Positions 17,779 to 26,400 of a DNA stretch of 35,078 bases are shown one piece after another; the first letter of the stretch is position 1, and every line of letters starts with the position of its first letter. The notes under the pieces are model-generated. The model did not search any database, was not told where the DNA came from, and saw only the letters and a program-made list of their open reading frames with translations. This stretch comes from a virus. Taxonomy: Duplodnaviria; Caudoviricetes. A program made the position numbers and the translations under genes. The stretch spans positions 1-35,078 of the IMG/VR virus record IMGVR_UViG_3300032218_002070. One strand, given 5' to 3'.

Positions 17779-20473
17779 ATGATTTTCTATAGAAAGAAAG
17801 TAATGATGTATTAATTCCAATTGGAGAATTTGAATATAAAGTAGATCCAATTGAAATTGAACTTGAACCTATAGAAACTATGGTAACACCAGTTCCAACA
17901 TAATCCCCTTCAACATAATCTCCTATCAATATTCCTTCAGTTGCAACACCAATTAAACTGGTGCCAATTCCTGTAAAAATGCCAACATAATCTGCAAGTT
18001 TTGAAAAAGAAGTTATACCAGATCTTTGTTCAAATCTAGATTTTGTAACTATTATTCCATTTAAAATTAAATCTGTTTTTTGTGGTGTCCAAGTAACAGA
18101 TCTTAACTGACTTGAACTATCAGATAATCCAATATCAGAATAAACATCAGTTCTTAATGTATCTGAATTTAAAATTTCTAAAACAGTTCTTGGATTTTGT
18201 TGAATTGGAGGTGGTCCATAGATATTTTGATTTAATTGTAAGTTATCACCTTCTTTAATTTTAGATAATGCAGAGGCATTTACCACATCATTATAGTAAC
18301 CTTTATAAAAATAAACTTTTAAACTGCTTCCATATGGAATAGGTTCTGAAAAAGTTATTTTAGATCCTCTCTTAAATGTATAAGATGATCCTGGTATTTG
18401 TAAAATATCATTAACAAAAACTAATAAATTTTGTTGAAGTTCTATTTCATATTGAGAATCTGCATCTAAATTTAATCTTTGTGATACATTATCAATAGTT
18501 TCCATAAGAGTAAATGTTTTTCTAGTCCCATTTACATAAGGAGAAAGATCATTTAATTTTTGTAAAATGCCAATATTCCAAGCAGAAAAAGAATCTTTAG
18601 TAACATCATTTACTTGAATACTTAAAGCATCAGATTGTGTCCAATTTGTAGATGTAACTATTCCAATTGGAGATAAAACTTCTCCAATTTTATAAGAATA
18701 TCCAAAATTTTTAAATATTAGATTTTGAATATTTCCTTCTGTAGAAACATCAAAGGAAATTGAAGCACCAATCCCAGCAGATGATCCACTTAATGGAATA
18801 TTTTCATAAGGAATTGGATCGTCAAATATTGCATAATATGTTGTAGAACCAAATCCAGATCCTCCATCAATCATAGTTACAGAAGTTACTGATCCAAATC
18901 CAATATTAGCTATCCCTAAAGCTGGTATTATACCTAAATCAGATCCAGTAATTCTTACATAATAAGTTGATATTCCAGATCTATATCCAGATCCTTGATG
19001 GGTAATATTTACTCCAGAGACACTGCCACCAGAAATATTTGCTATTCCTGTAGCTGCAGTTAAAGGTTGGTAATTGTGTCCAGAACTAGAACCATAAGAT
19101 AATATAATTCCACCTCTTGGATATCCTTTTACATTTACATCATAATTTTTTCCAGTAAATCCTTCTGTTCCAAAACCAACAAAATTTAAATATGTTTTTC
19201 CAGTAGTTCCAACACCAACTTCACTATAGTAAAAAGATTCTCCAAATTCTGGATATTGGAAAATATTATTAATTAAAACTATTCCATTATCTGTAGAAAT
19301 ACCTATTGTACTTATTCCTGAAGATTTTAATTCAAATGAACTATTAATTCCTGTAAATTGTTCAGAAACATCATCAAATACTTGATTTCCATCATAATTT
19401 GATTTCAAGAACACTCTTCCATTAAAAGATCCAGATTCACTTGGATAAAAGAAAGTAATTCTAAATTCTGTAACTGGAAATTCATTATTTGAAACATTAC
19501 TAAATTGTATTTTAATTCCATTTAATGCATTATATAAAGTATTTGCAAAACTATAGTTATTTGGACTATTTTTTATTAAATAAAAATATCCTTGAGATTT
19601 AAATTCTACAGGAGGATTTGCCCAAGTTAGTAAAACTTGATATCCTGTATCTAGTAAATCTGTTGTAATATTAAAGCTATCTGTATTAAAATTAATATCA
19701 GAAGTTAATACTGTAAAACTTTCTTTTTTACCTTCTAATGGTGGCTCATCAAAATAAATTATATCTTTAATAATGTTATATGTGCCTGATAAAATTTGTA
19801 TAGAATTTCCTATTAAAGAATTTGTAAATGCAACAGATTCTGTTCCTAAAACATTAATTCCTCTAGAAAAATTTAATATTTTATTATCATAATCAATTGA
19901 AGATACTTTTACTATTTCATCATTTATTTTTAAAAGAGATCCTAAAGAAATATTTTGTAAAGAATTTACGGTAATAGATGTGGATGTATAATTTGTTACT
20001 AAAGTAGTGGAAGCTATTGATACAGGAGATTGAATTAGATTATTAATTGATATTAAACATTTTGAATTTTGTTTAAATGCTTCAAGTGAATGTTGGGTCC
20101 CTATTCCTAAATTGGTAATATCTACATACTGATTGTTTAATGCTAAACTTGATGCTAAGGCAACTCTAATGTTATCTTTATCTATTACTACTGGATAGAT
20201 TATTGATGGAAATGATGTAGTAATTCCATTTGCACCATAACTGTTTGTAGAAATTCCAATAGGAGAACCTACTCCAAAGTTATATTTTAAAGGTTCTCCA
20301 GTTTTAAAAAAATGATTCTCTATAAAAATTTTATCAGAAGAAACTCCAACTATATTTTGATTTTCCCCATTAAAAATTTTATAAAAAATTGGATAGGTAT
20401 TATGTTTTAATGGAAAAGATTTTCTTCCATAAATTGAAGGAGTGTATAATGAATTTATTTCTGATATTGGCAT
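17777..20473 (-). CDS. Baseplate-associated structural protein (resembles a separated distal part of giant gp7-like proteins)
   Basis: 898 aa, Ser/Thr/Gly-rich beta-type sequence. Motifs F.LKH...PIF.K.F, FNGRVFLK, FDDVSEQFTG, G.PRGGII and LLVFVNDILQ.PG.SY. Lies between the g7-like gene and g8. Confidence 0.7.
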   Translation of the reverse strand: MPISEINSLYTPSIYGRKSFPLKHNTYPIFYKIFNGENQNIVGVSSDKIFIENHFFKTGEPLKYNFGVGSPIGISTNSYGANGITTSFPSIIYPVVIDKDNIRVALASSLALNNQYVDITNLGIGTQHSLEAFKQNSKCLISINNLIQSPVSIASTTLVTNYTSTSITVNSLQNISLGSLLKINDEIVKVSSIDYDNKILNFSRGINVLGTESVAFTNSLIGNSIQILSGTYNIIKDIIYFDEPPLEGKKESFTVLTSDINFNTDSFNITTDLLDTGYQVLLTWANPPVEFKSQGYFYLIKNSPNNYSFANTLYNALNGIKIQFSNVSNNEFPVTEFRITFFYPSESGSFNGRVFLKSNYDGNQVFDDVSEQFTGINSSFELKSSGISTIGISTDNGIVLINNIFQYPEFGESFYYSEVGVGTTGKTYLNFVGFGTEGFTGKNYDVNVKGYPRGGIILSYGSSSGHNYQPLTAATGIANISGGSVSGVNITHQGSGYRSGISTYYVRITGSDLGIIPALGIANIGFGSVTSVTMIDGGSGFGSTTYYAIFDDPIPYENIPLSGSSAGIGASISFDVSTEGNIQNLIFKNFGYSYKIGEVLSPIGIVTSTNWTQSDALSIQVNDVTKDSFSAWNIGILQKLNDLSPYVNGTRKTFTLMETIDNVSQRLNLDADSQYEIELQQNLLVFVNDILQIPGSSYTFKRGSKITFSEPIPYGSSLKVYFYKGYYNDVVNASALSKIKEGDNLQLNQNIYGPPPIQQNPRTVLEILNSDTLRTDVYSDIGLSDSSSQLRSVTWTPQKTDLILNGIIVTKSRFEQRSGITSFSKLADYVGIFTGIGTSLIGVATEGILIGDYVEGDYVGTGVTIVSIGSSSISIGSTLYSNSPIGINTSLLSFYRKS

Positions 20474-20481
20474 TTTTTAAA

Positions 20482-20489
20482 TATTTATT
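20482..20489 (-). promoter_or_regulatory. Late promoter (AATAAATA) upstream of the 898-aa gene
   Basis: AATAAATA in the 18-nt gap, only 8 nt before the ATG at 20473. No SD visible. Confidence 0.65.
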
Positions 20490-20491
20490 GT

Positions 20492-23400
20492 TTAATTAGG
20501 ACATAATAAACTGGTTTCATAAATTAAAAGTTTATAATTTGCAGAAGATGCTGGAGTAAAATATAAAGTGTAAGTATTAGACATAATATCATATACAGTA
20601 TCAAAACTATATTGATCTATAGAAAGATCACCTATTTCTGAATAAATTATATTATTTAAATAATCTTTAAAATGAACTGAATTTAATTGACAGATTGATC
20701 TTTGAGTAGAAATGCCAGAAGTTTTTTCAATTTCAATTACATATTTTGTATATGAATAATTACCAGAAACTGTAGAAATTGCAACAGATCCACTTCCAGA
20801 ACTTAATGCTTGTGAACTGGAAATTAATGAAATTGATTTTTGAATTGAATTATATCCAGCATAAGTATTTGTTAATAATTTAAAATTAGAATATACAGTT
20901 ACTCCTATACCAGGAATGCCATTATATTCTATATTTACATTTGAACCATCATCAGTGATTGAAAGTGATCCAAGATCTTTTGCTGAATTGTCTGCATATG
21001 TATTAATATAAACTGTGCCATTATTGCTAACGAAGGTAGATTCAAAAGATCTTTCTGCTGCATTTCCTTGAGAAGATATTCCTACAAAAATAATTCCAGA
21101 TTGACATTCAGAAGAAGGAATTGTATATATTGTGGTTATTCCAGAAGAAGAAATTTGTTCAGTTAATTCTACATTTTTAACATACCCAAATGATGTAGTA
21201 GCAACTCCTACTGAAACATTGACAACTTCTTTAATTGCTTTAATATCTACTGTAGAAAATGGATTTTTTACATTAAAATTTAATAATAATACATTACTAT
21301 CATTAGGATTTACATCTACAGTAAATTCTCCAAAAATTGAATTTGGATATAATGAAGGATCATAAAAATATGAATATGAAGATAAATTATAAGTATCCCC
21401 ATTTTTAGTAATAAAAACTTCAAACATTTCTGGATATGCAAATTGTCCTACAAATGATGAAGTTTCTGACAAGAAAAATTGGTATTTAAGAACATTAGAT
21501 GATAATGTATTAATACTATCTACTAATAATTTTGGATTTATAATTTCAGTTGTAAAGAGTTTTGAAATATCATCAATAGATAACACCCTATTATCTGTAG
21601 ATTTAAAACTATTTCCTAATTTTATACTATTAAAAGTTAAATATTGAGAATATATTTTATTAGTAGTATCAATATCTTCTTCTGTTACTAGATCAAAATC
21701 ATGAACTGCATTAACATCACCATAAGAAGACAATAATACATTTAATTTATTATATGCAACTGATGTAATTGATGTTGTAAATCCAGATATATTAGAATCT
21801 ATAGATAAATCGCTAAACTTTTTATATCCTGCAATATGAGATAAATCTGAAATAGGAGAATTCCATTTAGAAAAATCTTTTTTACTTTTTAATGAATATG
21901 AGAATTTTTGATAATAATCATTATCTGATAATTTTTGAATATTAGATGATAAATATCCTCTATTTTCTTTACCTCCAATAATTTCAGAAACACTAGAATC
22001 TACTTTAAATTTTGTATTATAAGAATTAATTTCAATTACTTTTCCTTTAGATTTTGAATAGAATCCATTAAGAATATCATTTATTTGAATATTTTTAGAA
22101 TCTTTTAATTTAATTAAATTTTTAATAGGATCATTATTAATATTGTCTATGATATAAGTATCATTAACATATTCACCACTTACAAAAGTATTTTTATCTA
22201 AAACTACTTCTATTTGTGGAAGATAAGAAGAAGGTGTTACAAAAGCTCTATAAGTATTATTTTCATCATAATCTCCAGGATAAGAATTTAATTGATATCT
22301 AATAGTTGCTGCATCTTGAGATCCATATGAAGGATCTACATAGGTAACATCAAAAAATTGATAACTATGATTTTTGGAATTAAATCCAGGTCCAAAATTA
22401 CTTTCAATTCCTTCTACATAAATTTTATCCCCAATTGATATTGGTAAAGGATTACTTGTACTAAATCCAGATATGGGAGTTTGTAAAGTTAAAGTAACAG
22501 TATAAGGATATGTTATAGTAGCAGTTGCAGATATAATTTTAAAACCATTAGAATTATTTTCTGAAATTATTTGATTATCATTTGAATTTAAACCATATCC
22601 AGGATTAGCAATTTGTATAGAATCAATAGAACTATTTTTTAATATTGGTAAAGCTGAAAAATTACTTATTATGGTATCATTTTTTTGATTATAAAGTTTT
22701 AATTTTGGTGGAGTAGTATAATTTTTACCCCCAAAAATTATATTTAATTCTTTAACTGTAAAATTATCACTTATACTTACAGATGAAAATACATTAGATA
22801 ATGGTTTTAATGTTTTATCAGTTGGACAAATAAATCTAGTATTATTTACTTTGGTGTTTAATATTTTCCCAATAGAATTGCTTAGTGGAATTAGAGTTGC
22901 TCCAGTTCCATTATTTGATTTTATTGAAGTTATATCTGGTAATTTTTTATAATCTAATCCTTTAGAAACTAATTGTATTTTTGATATTGGACCTATTGTA
23001 GAAGAATCTATGATATTGTATGATAAATTAGAAAAAGTATTATAATTTAATCTTTCTGGATTTGTTTTTAAATATATTTCAAAAGAATTAGTAGTACAAG
23101 TAGATATAAACGCATTTCCATTATATAAACTATTATTAATTGCAATTTTATTGTGATTGAATATTAAGTCATTTGTATAAATGACTTTTGTGGGGGATGT
23201 TAATCCATAGTATAAAATACTGGGTGTTTTATCTGTAATTTGTAAAACTAATTGCGAATTTGTTTTACTTACTTCTACAAAGTTATCTTCATTTGCAAAA
23301 TATTTGTTTTGTAAATTATCATCAGTATAAAGATTGAAATCAGTATCTGATAAAGTTGTAGAAGACAAATCAAAAGTTACAGTATCATTTCTATACAAAT

Positions 23401-26400
23401 TGATGAATGGATTAACTCTAGAATCTATGATTAATCTGCTAGTTGTGCCATCATAAGAAACCACATATGTAGTGCTAAGTCCAGATTTAACATTTAGATT
23501 AATAGTATCATTTACTGATAATCCATGAGTAGAAGCAGTAGAAACTGTTGCAGAAACTGAATTTACATTTGCAGTAACAACATTTTTATTTGTAGTAAAT
23601 TTGTGAAGATTACCAGTTCCACTAGAAGTAAATACTATAGGATTATTGTAATTTGCAATATTATTTTTACTAGTAACTAAACCAACTACATCATCTTCAA
23701 GTTTAACAACATAAAGATTTGAAATTTTATTTAAGTATCCTAAATTAGTAGTTATTGAAGAAATACCAGGAGAGTATGTAATTTTATCTCCATTTTTAAA
23801 TTTATTATTTGGTAAATATATTCCTCCAGTCCTCACGTATTTCACATAAGGTATTCCTTGTCCTAAAGGATTTATTGTTAAAGTAGATCCAATTCCAACT
23901 GTAGTATTTGTTCCAATTACAACAGATTCTAAAGGATTAAAATAATATACATCATTTACATTAGTAAAAGATGGACATAGATTTTGGGATAAAGTATAAA
24001 ATTTATTTGGAAGAGAAGAAACTATTGCATCAGAAAGGTGAGATGTTCCAGATGCATCTCTTAAAATATTAATTAAATTATTTTTGTAATCTATTCCTAC
24101 AATTTTAACAATTTCATCGTTAATTTTTAAATATGAGTCTATTTCATATGCAGTGGAAGAAACACTATCTTTAATTTGAATTGATGTTAAAATACCTGTG
24201 GTAGATGCATTAGATAATGCTACTAAAAGATTTGTTTGTGGAAAAGGAACAAAAATACTCTTTAATCCATTAATGTTATTATAAAGAGATGAAGAAACTC
24301 CTGATATATTAATATATGAATTATTTCTTAATGAATGATATGTTGATGCAATACCAACTAAGGATTGTCCATCATAAGTAAAAACAATATTATTAAGATT
24401 CAAAGTGTTTATTTGTGCAGAAATAGAACTTATTTCCACTCCTTTCAGTTCTGATACTTTAGCAATCACTCCTTTTCCTGAAGTTCCTTCATTATTAAAT
24501 TCTACAAAATCCCCAATTTGATAATCTGTCCCTCCATCTATAACTTTTATTTCATTCACAACTCCACTAGAAGTATTTGTAATAATAATATCTTTTTTAT
24601 TTTTATTTGGATAATACTCAAAATATTCATAATTATTTTCAGTATTTTGGAATCTGTATGGTTTTGTATTTTTAATTATGTTTAATAAATTAAAATCTTT
24701 ATTTTGATTATTAGTTAAATCTAAATTACTTGATTCTACTTTAAAGTTATAAGTATTTCCAACTACATATGGAAATTCTGGAATATTAGATTCATTAAAA
24801 GTACAGAAATATGCATAAACGCCATTTGGGAATTCTGGAGTTATGCAAAATCTACCATTATGTTCATCTAATGTTCCTGCATTAGTAAAACTATATTCTT
24901 CTACAAATAAAAATGGTCCTGGTGTTTGTGATTGTAAAGTATATCCACTTCTCATTCTAATAATTGCACCAGTACCATTTGTATTTTGATATGCAAATGG
25001 TCCATAAATTGGACATCCATCATATGCCCATCCAATTATTGGAGAATGTTTATCTGGAGTATTTGAAATGTTTAAATATGTTCTTAAATCATCATTCAAA
25101 TACAATAATCCAAATGTTTTTCCAGTTAAAGAATATTGTTTACCAAATATTTTTCCTCTAGTGCTAGTAGATGTTAAGTTTAATTTATTAACTTCATCTA
25201 CTGTCCAAGATTTTATATTAGATGTTAATTTTAAATTTTTTCCAATAACATTAACTTGAATAGTAGTATTATTTGAATTATACCCAACACCACCATTACC
25301 AATTTTTACTTCTGTAATTTTACCATCTACAATTGTTGGATTTAGAACTGCTCCAAATCCATCTCCACTAACAACAAGTTCAATAGAATTATAATAATCA
25401 TTTCCTTGATTTTTTACTATAACTTCATTAATTCTTCCATCTACTATAAGTGCTTGAAAAGATGCACCACTGCCCTCTATGGGGGTAATAATTGGAGGGT
25501 TGTGATAATTTAAAACATTAGAATAACCAAAATTAACATCATCATTTAATGGATTTTTTTGTATTTTTGATTCTACTACACTTCCACTTATATTGGGTAT
25601 AATGGTAGCATCATATCCAATTGTAGATACCCCAGAAATAGTTGTAGTTCCTAAAATTTGAACTTCTACTTTAGGATATTCTAAAAAGTAAATTGTAGTA
25701 TTACTTGCTGCTTGTAAATCTAAGTAATCAGTTCCATTTGGAGTATTTGTTAATCTAACTTTATTGTCATCTAATTTAGAAATATAATATTTTTTGCCAA
25801 TTTCTAATCCCACAATAGAATACACTGGATATCCAGGAACAGCTTCACAAGTATAAACTACTGCTTCTCCAGTTTTAAATTCATGATTCTTTATGGCAAT
25901 TACATTATCTTGTAAATTTATATCAGTATCAATAAAAGATAATTTTTTATATTCAAATTCTTTATCATTTTTGGTTATATTAACTTCATCTATTACTTTT
26001 TTAGGAATAGTAGAAACAAATTTTTGATATCCTCCACCTTTTGTTCTTAAATTAATTAAATTAGATCCATTAATAGCATCTGTTTTAGTATAAGCAAGAC
26101 GCATGGATGTGCCTGCTCCAACATTATAAACATAATATACAGATTGATTTGATAAATATCCATCTGCAGATATAGTACCAATACCAATAGGAGATGTTCC
26201 TAATGTATTATAAATTACTGGTTCTCCAGTTACAAATCTATGTGGAGAATTAAATAAGAATACATCATTATAAATGTCTACTTCTGAAGATTTTGTTGAA
26301 GCATTAAAATAAACTTCTCTGTTTATATTTTTCATTTTAACTTCTGTAGAAACAGAATCATTATTTCCACCAATAATTTTGACAATAGGTGTTTCTACAT

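Noticed and set aside
20474-20494. Stop-codon readthrough fusing the gp7-like and 898-aa ORFs (same frame)
   Set aside because: Two in-frame TAA codons lie in the junction and a late promoter motif sits between them. There is no evidence of stop recoding elsewhere in the window.
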